Shown: positions 37,982 through 52,310 of the stretch, piece after piece
How the letters are laid out: each line of letters begins with the position of its first letter
Position numbering within the stretch: position 1 is the stretch's first letter
NCBI GenBank assembly: GCA_951406725.2
Contig: OX597817.1
Location: 24,242,001-24,306,000, forward strand
Length of the DNA: 64,000 bases
Reading direction: 5' to 3'
From: Octopus vulgaris
Lineage: Eukaryota
Position numbers and translations under genes: made by a program
Notes under the pieces: generated by a model
What the model was told of the DNA's origin: nothing
The model's input: the letters and a program-made list of their open reading frames with translations, nothing else
Database searches by the model: none

Positions 37982-38882
37982 CAAAGATGCTGAAAATTTC
38001 ATTTGAGTGTAGAGAGAAAGAGAAAGGGCAATTATGTCGTTGATCACAGAGTAAAGTCCTTCCGTCAAGAATTAGTTAACTTTCTAGATAACAGAGATAA
38101 ACAGAACAAGCAAGGGCTAGATAGAAGTGTGTGTGCGTGTGTGTTCATGGCGGGGATGGGGGAGAAAGACAAAGTGGGAGATGTGGAACAAGGAAAAGAG
38201 AGAGATAGCGATGTGTCATGATGTGGGCAGAAACGGCAAGTGAGGTGTAGTACGAAGACCACCTCGATGTTCGTTGGCACTTGCGGCAGAAACGGAAGAC
38301 ACCACTATTTAACAATCTTTATTAATTTGATAAAGATAAGCTTGAAATCCATATCAGTTAAAAAAAAAAAGCAGCAAAAACAACAAAAAAAGCAGTAAAC
38401 ACAATAATATAAAATATAAAATATAAAGGAAAACTGAAATTAAAATTCATATAAAAAAAAACCCCCTGCTGTGTTTCAGCTCAATATTTATGATTGCATT
38501 GCAGTGTTGCAAAAGCAAGGGGTAAGGAGTGAAGGAAATGCTGTGTATGTTCAGTTATTATTCTATTATTATTCAATGAGAACTTTTCTCCATAAAGTTG
38601 GATGATAAGAAGAAAAACAAAAAAATATCTAAAAGAAAATATATATATATATAATGTAATGTCATCCTGACATTGAGATAAAAAAAAAAAAAAGATATTT
38701 TATATCATGAAATCTTAAAGCAAACACTCTCAGCATAAATTCGTTCAGTTTGTTGTTGTTGTTGTTGGTGTTGTTGTTGTTGTTCTTCTTCTTCTTCTTC
38801 TTCTTTTTCATTATCCGCTTCCTCATTTTCTTCTTCTCATCCCCCTCCTCTTCCGCCTCCTCCTCCTCCTGACAACCACCAC

Positions 38883-38913
<31 letters not shown>

Positions 38914-38919
38914 TCCTCT

Positions 38920-39230
38920 TCATCACAGGTTTTGTTGGAGCTCCTGGAGTCTTGCATGAGTAGCAGGCTTACTACCGCAAGCCTATGATACCATGCTATC
39001 TATTCTTTTCAGCTATCTAATACTTTCCTGATTATTCTGGCTGTGCCAAAGAGGCAAACTTTTTGTAACAGTCCTACTGAGTACACTGTTCCAATTTCTT
39101 TTATATTCTGCTTGATGTCTTCTGATACTGTTCCCAAAGACCCAACAATAATTGACACTATCTTCACCTTCTTCATTTTCCATAGCTGGGCAATTTCGTA
39201 CTTAAGAGGGTTGTATCTTTACATCTTCCT
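38920..39230 (-). mobile_element. R4/Dong-type (restriction-like endonuclease) LINE 3' end
   Basis: RYNPLKYEIAQLWKMKKVKIVSIIVGSLGTV...LQKVCLFGTARIIRKVL*; it ends in a (GAT)n tract. Confidence 0.8.
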
Positions 39231-39332
39231 TCTTGACTTAATCATGGGTCAAAGGGGCATACAACATCAACTATATAACATATGTGGTGCACCTTGTCCA
39301 CCTCTATTAGGTCTGTTATTATTATTATTACT

Positions 39333-39370
<38 letters not shown>

Positions 39371-39400
39371 CATCATCGTCGTCATTGTTATTATTATTAT

Positions 39401-39958
39401 TGAGTGAGAGAGCAGTGCATGCCATCAAAATGACACTGGGGTAAAATATACGAAGCTCAGTATACCCATCATAGCTACTCGTCTGATAAAGGTACACGAG
39501 GAACATGCATCACAACCATATGTGTGTGACATAGTGATCTCATATCATGATAAACAGTGCATGATCTTGCAGGTGGGGCCCAGTTAGAACTTTCTTCCTG
39601 TTAAGTAGCCCATTCTGCTCAAAAGGTCCCTGAATAGGGTTTGTTTTAAAGATGATGAACAAAACATTCATGTTTCCAGAGGGAAATTATTCAAACCCCA
39701 AAGAATTCTTCTCAACATATGGCTATGATGCTTCCCCACTACTTCTGCTCGTGATCAGAGATGCACATATCACCAGCCTCTAAGGGACATGCTCAACTGG
39801 TTAAGGTCAAACAACTGACAAGCAAATCTGTGATATTGAGCAGAATATTTACAATAGCTCAACTTTTATACCAAGACAAAGCAATGTACTTGATAAAACT
39901 TCCAATCAGTTAAGATCAGAAGCCATGAGAGCCACTGCCTGATACTGCATCAGGGCAT
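39401..39958. repeat. Unclassified interspersed repeat between (TTA)n and (ACT)n tracts
   Basis: Complex-sequence block sharply bounded by trinucleotide microsatellites, with no coding signature. Confidence 0.4.
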
Positions 39959-42034
39959 TTACTACTACTACTACTATCACTACCACCACCACCACCACCA
40001 TCACAAGTACCACCATCACCACAAATATTTGTCTAGCCAAGCCAGTAAGAGCATGTTTAAGTGATTGTTCATCCTATTGGAAATAACAGTAAAATAGCCA
40101 TCAAATAGTGAAGGTGCATGGTTCAGTGGTAAGAACTTACAATCATGAGGTTGTGAGTTCAATTCCCAGACCAGGCTGCATGTTGTGTTCTTGAGCAAGA
40201 CACTTTATTTCACATAGCTCCAGTTCACTCAGCTGTACAAATGAGTTGCGACATCACTGATGCCAAGCTGTATTGGCCTTTGCCTTTCCCTTGGATAACA
40301 CTGGTGGTGTGGAGAGGAGAGGGGAGGCTGGTATGCATGGGCGACTGCTGGTCTTCTATAAAAGCAACCCCCGGTTGTGCATTCGCTGGTGAGGCAACTT
40401 TCTGCCCAGATTTGTAACGCAAAGGGGAACCTCTTAGGTGCACCCATGGTCATTCGTCACTGACAGAGTTGTTTATAATTTATTGTTTATCCATCAAATT
40501 ATACCATATAGTCTTGAACAAGAAAACCAGGTGAGATACACAGGAGAATGTACCTTTAGGTACAAAATATCCTAAAGAAAGAAAACTAGTTATGGCAGGA
40601 GTATGTTTCACCAAAAGTCTGTTAGATCAAGGCTGACCTGGAGCTAAAAATACGGTCACAATAACAAGGATGTACGTACTGATATGTTTGCTTGTGTATA
40701 CCTGTATGGATTCTTATGCATTCAAACAAAGAAAGATGTACCTGATTTGTCTTTAAGTTTTACTCGTGCTTATAATTGTACAACTGACTATCTCAGAGGA
40801 GATATTTCTGGATTGTTTTAATATATGAATTAAAACTATGAAGTACAACATAATACTGAAATGTTACTCTTTCATAAAACACCACCAAGAATAACAATTT
40901 AATTAGTTAAGTTATTGAAGACACAAAACAGAAACAGCTGTTCCATATCAAATTCTTTAAAAGTTCTAACCATTTATCTTAATGTTGGCTGAAACAATTT
41001 CTTGTTGTTTGTTGTTTTGTCGCCTTGAAGATATTCTAATGGCAGATATTTGATAATCAACTAACACAATATCATTGCAGTTATTTTGTTTCTGATTAAC
41101 ATTAGCTATTGGTATGTTTCATTTCTCATATGCAATGGTAAATCACGAAAAGAAGGAAGTAGAGAATGAAAATGGTGAAAACGTAATTATAGGAAATGGA
41201 AGAAAGGAAGTAATTTTGGAAGATGATAGTAAAGAAATAAAGAAATAAAGACAGTAAGGATTATTGAATAAAAATAAATGAAAATGAATAATATAATAAA
41301 CTACAGGGAAACTGAAACAATCTTGAAAATGAAAGAAGGAAAAAGGAAGAAATATGAGTAAAAATGTACTTTTATAGTTTTGAATTGACCGAAAGTTATC
41401 TGTTACATTAGATCTATGTTTGTGTTGTATGGAAGTGATTTGATAATAGGGTTTGGTTCCAGTTGGAAAGCCTCTGCTTATTAATAAAACAACTATGATT
41501 TAGTAATCCAATTATTCTGCAATATATTTGTTGAACAGCAGTTAAGTGAGTATCAGTATATTTAATTTTGGGCGCATTAAAATTTCTATAGAGAATAAAG
41601 CATGCAACCCTTATGCAAAATTTTTTTTTTTGAACTCGTGTACGGATCCAAATTTTATGTATGGAAATTAATTACTTAGATCAATGTTACAATGTTTTAT
41701 AATAAATATTGTAGAGGACGTTGAATTGGCAGGGCTATTAGAGCACCGGATAAAACTGCTTAGCAGTATTTGCTTGTGGTCCTATAGATTCATCATCATC
41801 ATTATCATCATCATCATCATGTGACATCTGCTTTCCGTGCTGGCATGGGTTGGGCGGTTTGACAGGAGTTGGCTAGTACTTATTCTAGCAATCATTTTTG
41901 CTGAATTGCTAGGTAAAAGCACCAACATCGGTTGTGAAGCAATGTGTGTGTGTGTGGGTGGGGGGGCAAACACAGACACAAACATATACACACACACATA
42001 CATTCATATATATATATACATATATATGTGTGTG

Positions 42035-42424
42035 TTCTTTTATTCTATTATTTGTTTCAGCCATTTGACTGCTGTCATGCTGGAGCACCACCTTTAGTTG
42101 AGCAAATTGACCGCAGGAACTTATTCTTTGTAAGCCTCATACTTATTCTATCGGTCTCTCTTGCCAAGCTGCTAGGTGACAGGGACGTAAAGACACCAGC
42201 ATCGGTTGTCAAGCAACGTTGGGGGGAAAAAACACAGACACAAACATATATATATATGTACGATGGGCTTCTTTCAGTTTCTGTCAACCAAATCCACTCA
42301 CAAGGCTTTGGTCAGCCCAAGGCTATAGAAGACACTTGCCCGAGATGCTGCACAGTGGGACTGAACCTGGAACCATGTTGTTGGTAAGCAAGCTACTTGC
42401 CACATAGCCACTCCTGTATGTGTG

Positions 42425-42459
<35 letters not shown>

Positions 42460-42976
42460 GATGGGCTTCTTTCAGTTTCCATCAACCAAATCCACTCACA
42501 ATGCTCTGGTTGGCCCTAGGTTATAGTAGAAGACACTCACTCAAGGTGCCACACAGTGGAACTGAACTTGGAACCATGTGGTTGGTAAACAAGTTACTAC
42601 ACAGCTAGTTATCCAATTATGAAAATAATAATAAATAAATACAATATATTTTTAGGCTCAGTGGTTAGAGCGTCAAGCTTACGATCGTGAGGTTGTGAGC
42701 TCGAATCCCGGACCGGGCTGCGTGTTGTGTTCTTGAGCAAGGCACTTTATTTCACGTTGCTCCAGTTCACTCAGCTGTAGAAATGAGTTGCGACGACACT
42801 GGTGCCAAGTTGTATCGACCTTTGTCTTTCCCTTGGATAACACCGGTGGCGTTGAGAGGGGAAACCGGTAGGCATGGGCGACTGCTGGTCTTCCATAAAC
42901 AACCTCGCCCGGACTTGTGTCTAGGAGGGTAACTTTCTAGGTGCAATCCCATGGTCATTCATGACTGAAGGGGGTC
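42035..42976. mobile_element. SINE cluster: family B (42035-42415 minus, 42458-42603 minus) and family E (42655-42976 plus)
   Basis: Matches to other copies in the window. Confidence 0.8.
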
Positions 42977-43580
42977 TTTATATGTATAGAGGGAGAGAGA
43001 ATCATATTCACACATATACATAGATATATTCATACACATATAGGCATTGCTATTTGATTGAGAAACTTGCATCTTCTTCTGCATTATTATCATTACTATG
43101 AACGTGCTATGAGTTAGCACCTTGGGTAAGTGTCTTCTGCCATTGCCCCAGGCCAACCAAAACTTTGTGAATGGATTTGATAGACTGAAACTGAGGGACG
43201 TCTGTCATATATCTGTGTATATATGTACATGTGTGTGCATGAGTGTATTTGTGGCTGTGTGTACTGTTGTTTTCATTTCACAAGATGGTTGTAAATGAGC
43301 CTCACCATCATACAAGCATTGCTGTTCAATCCCATTCTTCTGGGAAAAATATGTCAGACCATAGGGTAATAATACCTTGCCTGTGAAAGATGTGAGCTGG
43401 TTACATGAAAGGCATGTGAAAGGCATCCATCCATAGAAAAATCTGTATCATCATATTCTACATGTGTATGGAAATAATTATTATCACATACACACACATG
43501 GAAAAACATCAACTTACGGCAACTAATTTATTATGAGCTTGTTATCATTTCATTTTAAATATCCTGAAAATCACAAATAA

Positions 43581-43629
<49 letters not shown>

Positions 43630-44126
43630 ATGTGTGTATGTGTGTGTAGTTTTAAATGCATATGTATATATGTCTGGTAGTTAATAATCTGTTTATGTTA
43701 TCTAATAAATTATCTAGAATATTAGATATATAGAACTGTAAATTAATTTAGTAAATATCTAATAGCATATAGGATAATCATAATAAATCTAAATTTTACT
43801 TCTGAACAGCTCTTAATTTTTGTAATTTTAAAAATCTGAACCAATTAAAAATTCCATAATAACATGTGGCCTGTTTGCCTCATCAATACACAACACAAGA
43901 AACTCATTACTCCTATTGGCAAAACAAATTATGCAGAAAACATGCAAATGATATTTTCTGAGTCCACATGTACACATTTTTAGATATCATGAGTGAAATA
44001 TATCAAGTTTGTAAGTGAGTATACATATATGAATATGCAGATATGTATCTTTTTCTCTCTTTCTCTCTCTCTCTTACTCACTCTATATCTATATATCTAG
44101 CCTTCTATCGATATACATATATGTAA

Positions 44127-44495
44127 TAGGCTCAGTAGTGGCAGTGTGGTAAGTAGCTTGCTTACCAACCAAATGGTTCCGGGTTCAGTTGCACTGTGTG
44201 GCACCTTGGGCAAGTGTCTTCTACTATAGCCTCTGGTCGACCAAAGCCTTGTGAGTAGATTTAGTAGATGGAAACTGAAAGAAGCCCATCATATATATAT
44301 ATGTTTGTGTGGCCGTATTTGTTGCCTCACCAGATGCCAGTGCGTTTACATCCCCATAACTTAGTGGCTTGGCAAAAGAGGCCAATAGAATAAGTACTAG
44401 GCTTACAAAGAATAAGTCCTGGGGTCAATCTGCTCGACTAAAGGTGGTGCTCCAGTATGGCTGGAATCAAATGACTGAAACAAATAAAAGAATAA
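44127..44495 (+). mobile_element. SINE family B
   Basis: GTGGTAAGTAGCTTGCTTACCAACC head through AATGACTGAAACAAATAAAAG tail. Confidence 0.8.
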
Positions 44496-46769
44496 ATGAA
44501 TACTAATGAAAAGAAGTAGCGATTCTTCCTGAGTAATAGGCTCATTAGGTCGGTTTCCAGATCCTGTGATGTATACTACAGTAGTAGTAGTAGTTACTGT
44601 TGTTGTTGTTCATCTGCAGCTGAGCTCTGATTGAGAATACCTATGATCCAAAATGTTTCTATCACAACCATCTTCTAGTTTATCATTATACTGTTGAATG
44701 ATCTGTGGGGTATTTGGTTGATAATTTTAGCAAGCCATGCTGGATTGCAATTGGTGTATTTCAATGCTTTCAGCAATAGAAGTACAATAAAATTTACAAA
44801 TATTTAAGAAGTTATTAGTTCTGAGTTCAATTTTTAACTTTCTGCAATTCTTCAATGACCTTGTGTGGATAAGTTTTATCTGTCATTGACTGAAGTTAAT
44901 AAAACATTTGAAAGAAATAAAACCTCTAAGAACCATTATGATGCAAAATGGATTAGCACTTTTTCATATAATACATAGAACTATTAACTTTAGAAAAGTT
45001 AGAGAGATCCATTACGAGGATTTTAGCCATAAGAATACCTTATCCTAGAATTGTTCTTGTACATGTGCTCACAATGAATGTATGCATGAATGTTAAAAGA
45101 GAGAGGACAATTCTTGCTAGGAAATAGTTTGAAGCTGTGGGATGGCGTCAGCAGCTGGAGAGCTGACCGGAACTTGGGGCTGACTAGAAGAGGAAGAGGC
45201 AGGAGTGACGCGCACGCAAGCAGGGAAGCATTGGGCCTTTTCGATCAGGGTAGCCGACAGAGCTGGACATGTGAGTGCTTTGTCAAGGTAGGGGAAAAGC
45301 AGCTGCTAATTCTAGCGTTTGGGTTGGGCCACGTGGAAGGGTGCATTACCAATGGAGAGAAGATAGGTGTCCTTATTTCAAATTTCCCGCATACACCACA
45401 GAAGCAAACTATAGTTAGTTGAAAGTAAAGAATAGATTTAATAAAATCACATGATGACTATGTGTCTCAAAATATGGAGAAGTAATCAGTTTATAAATGA
45501 ATGTAGAGTAACCATTGAATTAATACTTTCAGTTGCGTTTATTTTCTATAATGGTTGTTCCAAGAAATTTAGTTGTAGAGTTTGTTTTCTTTTCTAATTG
45601 ATATCTCTTCTAATATCTTTTATATGATTTGAAAATGAAAGGGAAAAAGTTACTGTTTTATTTATATTTTCAATTAAATAGATTGTGTATTTTTTTTTTT
45701 TTCTGAGACTCCTTTGATGAAAGATAAACCTTGAAGCAAACTTCAGTAAAAGCCAAACTTCAATACAAAAGCTTTTAATTTTCTTTTTAAGTTAAATTTC
45801 ACATTATGTAGAATTTTTAAAATATTGAAATAAAAATACACAGCAAGATCTTGAATCTAACAACTTATAATAAATAAAATTACTTTCAAAATTGTGAAAA
45901 TGGCTTTAGATAATTAAAGTAACATGTTAATTTATGAATGCTTTCTGCGTATTGACAATTACTGGACTGCATTGATGCAGGTAGGGAAAAGGATTTTTCA
46001 GATAAGTTACATTTCAGAACCTCATGCCATCATCCCTAAGGCATAGAACAAGTTGGATATTTTCTCTGAAACAAACAAATAGGTAAATATACATAACTTC
46101 AAGGCACAATATAATACTTGGTTCTGAATTAACTCCATGATGCTCTCACTTATTCTAGGATTTAAAATATTTAATTTTGAATAAATGTCTTGGACCACAA
46201 ATTCCTCTAAATAATATAAATAATAGAATTCCTAAGATTACAAGAAAAATATATTGAAACAAAAGAACTCAATTAACTTTATAACGAATAAAATACTTCA
46301 TGACAGAAAATATTTGTAAGTATTTTGAATGAAAATAAATGGTAAAACATGCACCTTCTTTACAAAATCTACAAAAGAAAGGAAAAGTCAGAAAATTTAA
46401 GAAGATATGCATGTTGATTGTGTGTGTGAGTGAGCATCTGTTTGTGTGTATATGTATATCTATCTATAAGTATATTTATTTATATTTATTTATATCAAGG
46501 GCATTACTACTAGTTTTGACTTTAAGAGTCCCTAATAGTGTGATGCATTTATGTTGTAGTAATGCCCTTAATATAAATATATATATTTAAAGAGAATAAT
46601 TAGAAGTTTTCACACTGACTACTTGATAAATTCTTATAAAGAATTTATCCTATTTTAAATTTTATAAGCATATATATATGTGTGTGTATACATACACACA
46701 AACATGCATGCACACACAAACACATATATGCGCATAAGTATACATGCATGTATGTGTAGACAGACAGAC

Positions 46770-46823
<54 letters not shown>

Positions 46824-47636
46824 GTAGACAGAGGGACTGACAGACAGTAGAGCTGTGAGAAAAGTAAGTAAAGAAAACTGAAGAAACTTAGTAAATAATG
46901 AAATAAAATTCAAATAGAAAAGTAAAATGACTAGAAGGGAAGAAAATAAAAATTGAATGAAATAAAACGAAATAAAAGTGATAATGAAAATAAAATAAAC
47001 AAGTACAAAAAAGACTTCAACTGGTTGAGTAAGAGGTTTCATGCTTCATCTGCTGTAGAGATTTTATTTAATTAATCATTGATTTATTATGAAAACACAA
47101 AATTCTGAAAAATGAGATGCAATTTCAAGGAAATTGGCAACAAAAGTGATGTGGTTACAACCAGCAGTCAAAGCTCTGGCACAGTCTTGGCTTACTCAAA
47201 GCTTATTGCTTTTTTATAGCACTGGTTATAAAAACATTAGGTCTTTTTTTTTTTTTTGCTTCTACCTGTCTCTTTACACAGACATAAAAACCTGATGTTT
47301 CAGGGAAGAAGAACAAGTTTTTAATAGCTGTAACTTTCTTAATGATATCAACGTTCTCCAGAACAATGAAGTTGCTATTAATGATCATGATGTCCATGAT
47401 GTCTTGCATCAAAAGGAGGTTATATATGGAGTTGAAGAAAGAAGGAGACTGTGTAATTGCACATACATGCATTTCTTTAAAGCAGGTATGGGCAATTTCC
47501 TGTGAGGAGCCAGTCACATGAGACATGGCTCATTATCAAGTCACTAAAAATATTCAAGGTAATTTTTTTGGTTAAACTCCAGTTTCAGACCCTGGCACAC
47601 AAATGGTAAAAAAATAGTGTAATATGTGTAAAAAAA

Positions 47637-47930
47637 GTGGAGGCACAATGGCCCAATGGTTAGGGCAGCAGACTCATGGTCGGAGGATCGCAGTTTCAAT
47701 TTCTAGACCGGGCGTTGTGTGTGTTTATTGAGCGAAAACACCTAAAGCTCCACGAGGCTCCGTCAGGGGGGTGGTGCCGACCCCTGCTGTACTCTTTCAC
47801 CCCAACTTTTTCTCAATCTTTCTTCCTATTTCTTGCGTAATGCTACGATGAACTGGCATCCCGTCCAGCTGGGGGGGAACACATACACCACAGAAATTGG
47901 GCCCATGAGCCTGGCTAAGCTTGAAAAGGG
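47637..47930 (+). mobile_element. tRNA-derived SINE family D
   Basis: Head matches 14194; tail GATGAACTGGCATCCCGTCCAGCT..GGGCCCATGAGCCTGGCTA matches 59215. Confidence 0.8.
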
Positions 47931-48646
47931 TGTATAAATAGATAAAAAATAATGTGTAAAACAACATGTAGTAGACGAATATGAAGAAAAAAGTTTGTGC
48001 CAACAAATGGAAAAGTGGTGAGAGAGGACTTGGAACATTCTCGATGTGAATTTTCTGAGTTCTCTCCCTACACCCCACTTCATCAGCATGCATCTTTTTT
48101 CTTCATATTTGTTTACTACACGTTGTTTTACATATATTACACTACTTTTTTTACCATTTTTTTTTGCCCAATTCTGAAACTGAAGTTTAGCCATTTTTTT
48201 TTATTAGCTGTCCATTCAGAAAGTCTCATGGGCTGCAGGTTGTTCATGGCTGCTTTAAAGTGTAACAAGTGTGAATCTGAATGGTTATAATTTGGATTTA
48301 AAGCCAGAATGTCTTTATGTCTTCAGTAGTGTAATACTGATTCTTTTTCATATTTGTTCAATTGTACATATTACAAGTACATTAATCTTTTTTATCCTTT
48401 ATTTATTTCAGTCATTAGACTGTGGCCATGCTGGGGCACTGCATTGAAGAAATTTTTTAGTCAAATGTATATGTTTCATTTTGTTTTAAAGCTGGTTTTT
48501 AAAGTCTGCTACTTTTTCTATCAATTTCCTTTGCCAAACCACTAAGTTCTAGGCAATGTAAACACATCAACACTGGATGTCAAGCAGTAGGGACAAACAC
48601 AAACAGGCACACACATGCAGACGTGCACACACACACACACATACAT

Positions 48647-48685
<39 letters not shown>

Positions 48686-49284
48686 ATGGGCTTCCCTCAG
48701 CTTTCATCTACCAAATCCACTCATAAGGCTTTGATCAACTCAGATTATTGCAAAAGGTACCATGCAGTGGGACTGAACCCAGAACCATTTGGTTGGGAAG
48801 CAAGCTTTTTACCAGAGCTATACCTTTGCCTATATGTTAAACTAACATCAAACTTATAAGAACTTTTCAGGCACTGTACCATAATACCTATAATTCTATT
48901 GTCATCATCATTTTCATTGGGATTTTGGTCCATGCTAGTATGGATTAGACAGGATTTCTTGAGCAAGTTTTTAAGGCTCAAACCATTATTTATTTATTTT
49001 TTAGTAAGGTCCTTTCTTCCATATCTTTTCACAATTAACTGGTAAGCTGCAGAGGTTTTCATTTATGTGGGACAGACAAATTCAGTGTTGCCCAGTTTCA
49101 ATATGAAGCAAACACACGTGGACATACAGACACACATACACAGTCAGGAATACTTTTGCATCTTCCCTTCCAGAAACATTCAATTTTCTTTGACCGTGAG
49201 ATCTAAATGGCCAAATTGTATCTCAGGTTCAGATGGAAGCAACTCAGCTGTAACTAGACATGAAGGGGTATCTGGAAAAGTGCT

Positions 49285-49714
49285 TGTAACAGGATGAGAG
49301 GTCCCAACAGTGGATGGGTGCAGCTCACATCCTTTACATAAAATATTAATCGAAGAAAGAGTCAAGACTGCTGATTAACTTCAACAGTATAAATAATTAT
49401 TTCTTGATCCGCAATATATACATTTCTTCTTTCTGGGCGAATCGGCAGCCTAGGAGCTTATCACAGTAGTCAAGTGGAGTGAGCTAAATCCTGTCCGTTC
49501 AAGCAGAGCAGAGATATGCCATGAGATAGCAGCTTGAGAGAGGTGCTAAAACACGTCTGTCTTGTTCAGCTGCTGGCATTCAATGGAGCGATACGAGGGA
49601 ATTTCGCTGCTGCTAGTTTTCTGTGCATGTGCATGAGGGAACTTCCGGCAGGCCTCCCGGAAGAATCCAACCCTGCATATGCATGCTGGAGATTTCCAAG
49701 ATAGCGTCACTACA
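49285..49714 (-). mobile_element. Solo LTR (same family as 26007-26438)
   Basis: TGTAAC...CTACA termini with 4-bp TSD TGCT. Confidence 0.85.
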
Positions 49715-50273
49715 TGCTCAAGTAGATGCTGTGTAAATAGCTTTCAAGGTTTTTGTTGATTATGTGTAAACCTGTTTTAATCAAGTAAGTTTTGAGGAAC
49801 CTAAAAAGACTGTGAATAAAGTATTCATGAGATTCCTTTTTTTTTTTACTCATGTGTTACATGCATTCTCAAGCTTTTATATAACTTGAATATTCCAATT
49901 TGTCTCACCCACTAGAAATTTAATGATTTCCTTTGTTTGTATTGAGATTACATTTTCCATCAACACTTTTTATTTTTCTGACAGTTGGCGTCAATTTACA
50001 GTTGGTCTGTTTGTTTTGGGGGGATTAGTCACATCTTCATTAATTCTAGCTCAGCAGATTTCTGTATTTCCACAGGATAATTATTTGCAGCTACTGTGTT
50101 AGCTGATACAAAGATTGTTATAAATGACCTTAATGTTGAGCATATTAAGTTTATTAAAAAACCCTTTGAACTGCTCTTTCTTAGCCATCAGAAATTGTAC
50201 ACCCACTCATTCTGCAAATCATCATACAAACTTTTAGCTTTCTCTTTAACAACTGTCATGTTTATAGGCATGC

Positions 50274-50306
<33 letters not shown>

Positions 50307-50921
50307 AACCCATTGGTGGATATAGCTGCTTCCTTCTATTCTAAGTAAACACACACTCATACAAACACAGACATAAAGCTAATTCTCAGACAGACACAGA
50401 GCAGACCTTGGGGTGAGAGTGGAAGTCACTAAGACACTGAAATAGTTGTGAATAGCTACAAAAGAGCTTTCATTCAACAAACAGATGACTGATTATTTAA
50501 CCTGCATGTAAAGCAAACAATCGATTACTTCGTTGGTTAGATATTTAACCAAGTGACAAACCATAAAGAAGTGGAATTGAACCTATGCAATAATGACTCT
50601 CCCATGTCACAACAGCTTATATACATATATATATATATAATTTAAAAATAGGATAAAATCTTTATAAGAATTTATTAAGTAGTCAGCGTGAAAAAACTCC
50701 AATTTGTAAAAATTATTAATTATTCCCTTTAAATATATTTATTTATATTAAGGGCATTACTATACATAAATGCCTCATGTTACGAGGGACTCTTAAAATC
50801 AAAACTACCATAATAAATACATTTTACCGAACGCGAGGGAATGCAACTCTTGAAGTGAGCAATCTTAAAAACAGATTCAGCTGCAGATCATATGATTTCA
50901 TAAATAGTGCACAAATATATG

Positions 50922-50965
<44 letters not shown>

Positions 50966-51080
50966 GGGTAGGCTGGTTTATGTGGTTACCCTGGGTTCCT
51001 CACTCATAAGGGGCAACCCCATAAATCAGCCTACCCCACTATAATATTAACTACTCTACATATTAGAGCATCTTTTAGAA

Positions 51081-52310
51081 GTAGTGGCACACTTGAAGCC
51101 TTACAAAAAATTGCAGGCACACTACACAGAAAATGCTAAGAAATATAATGCAAAATGTAAAGAAATACAGAAATAACTGAAAAAAGGGTATATACCTTTA
51201 TTTTGCTCTGATGAGAAGTATGAACCTGGCATGTCTTGACAATGTCTTCAATGTTGAGACGTATGTATGATAAGCAAACACTCATTTCCTTGTCAATAGA
51301 CTGAAGATTTGTTCACTTTTTGCACTTGATGTTGGGGAGAGTGGAAAATCCTTATTCACATAAATGGGATGTTGAACATTTTTGGATATTGACTGGTATT
51401 CTTCTCTGATTGGAATCCAAAATTTTTCAAGACTAGATTCCTTATATTTAATCTTCAGTCCACCATTGGTGGATATAGCTGCTGCTTCTTCAGTTAATGT
51501 TAAACTAGCAACATCTGAAATTTTTATGAATGGATTTTGAATCCAAGCATATTGTTCAGTGTTAAATGATGGAAAATAATAATTTAATTTATTTTCCAAA
51601 TTTGTCAAATGTTCAAGTATTAAAAAGAAGATATCATTTATGCAAGTTCTACTTATCAAAGGAAACATTTCCAGATTACCCTCAGAAGCTCTTTTCTTCC
51701 AGATAAGTAGTTTTTTCTGAAATACTTTCATTTTATCAGTAGATGTCAAAACATTTTCTTTATTACCTTGCATGCTAGTATTCAAAATATATCAGCCAAA
51801 TACACTAATCTGCTAATCCAAAATTTACATCGAAGGAGCTCACAAAAGTAGTTTTGTTTCATTTCTTAAAAAAAATTCAGTAGCTCTTGTTGTAGCTTAT
51901 ACACACAATTAAGTACTTTCCCCTTTGAAAGCCACTGTGTGCAAAAGCAGGATTTTGTGTTGTAAATCTATATCAATGCAAAACTGTTCAAATAAACGTG
52001 ACTTTACTGGTCTTGTTTTTATATAATTTACAATCTCAACAGCTTGATTCCAAACTTCTCTTAATTTGTCTCCTAATGTTTTTGCCATCAATGCTTCTCT
52101 ATGAAGAAAGCAGTGAGTTATGATGACATTTTCATTTTGATGTTTTACAAAAGATGTAAGATCCTTAACACAGCCTACCATTGATGGAGCTCTATGTGTA
52201 CAAATACCGACATACAACTTCCATGATATTTGCCATTTGCACTGGTAAATATTCAAAATATTGGAAACATCTTTGCCTTTTATGATCGCATTAAATTCTT
52301 ACCAACTTAA
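51081..52310 (-). mobile_element. Decayed hAT (Charlie/Buster) transposase
   Basis: VGICTHRAPSMVG, THCFLHREAL, RLFEQFC, LLLHT..WLSKG and NTSMQG are Buster/ZBED8-type motifs, now frameshifted. Confidence 0.88.

Noticed and set aside
45050-45450. GC-richer block with a 110-aa ORF, possibly a solo LTR
   Set aside because: No convincing termini, TSD, second copy or protein motif.
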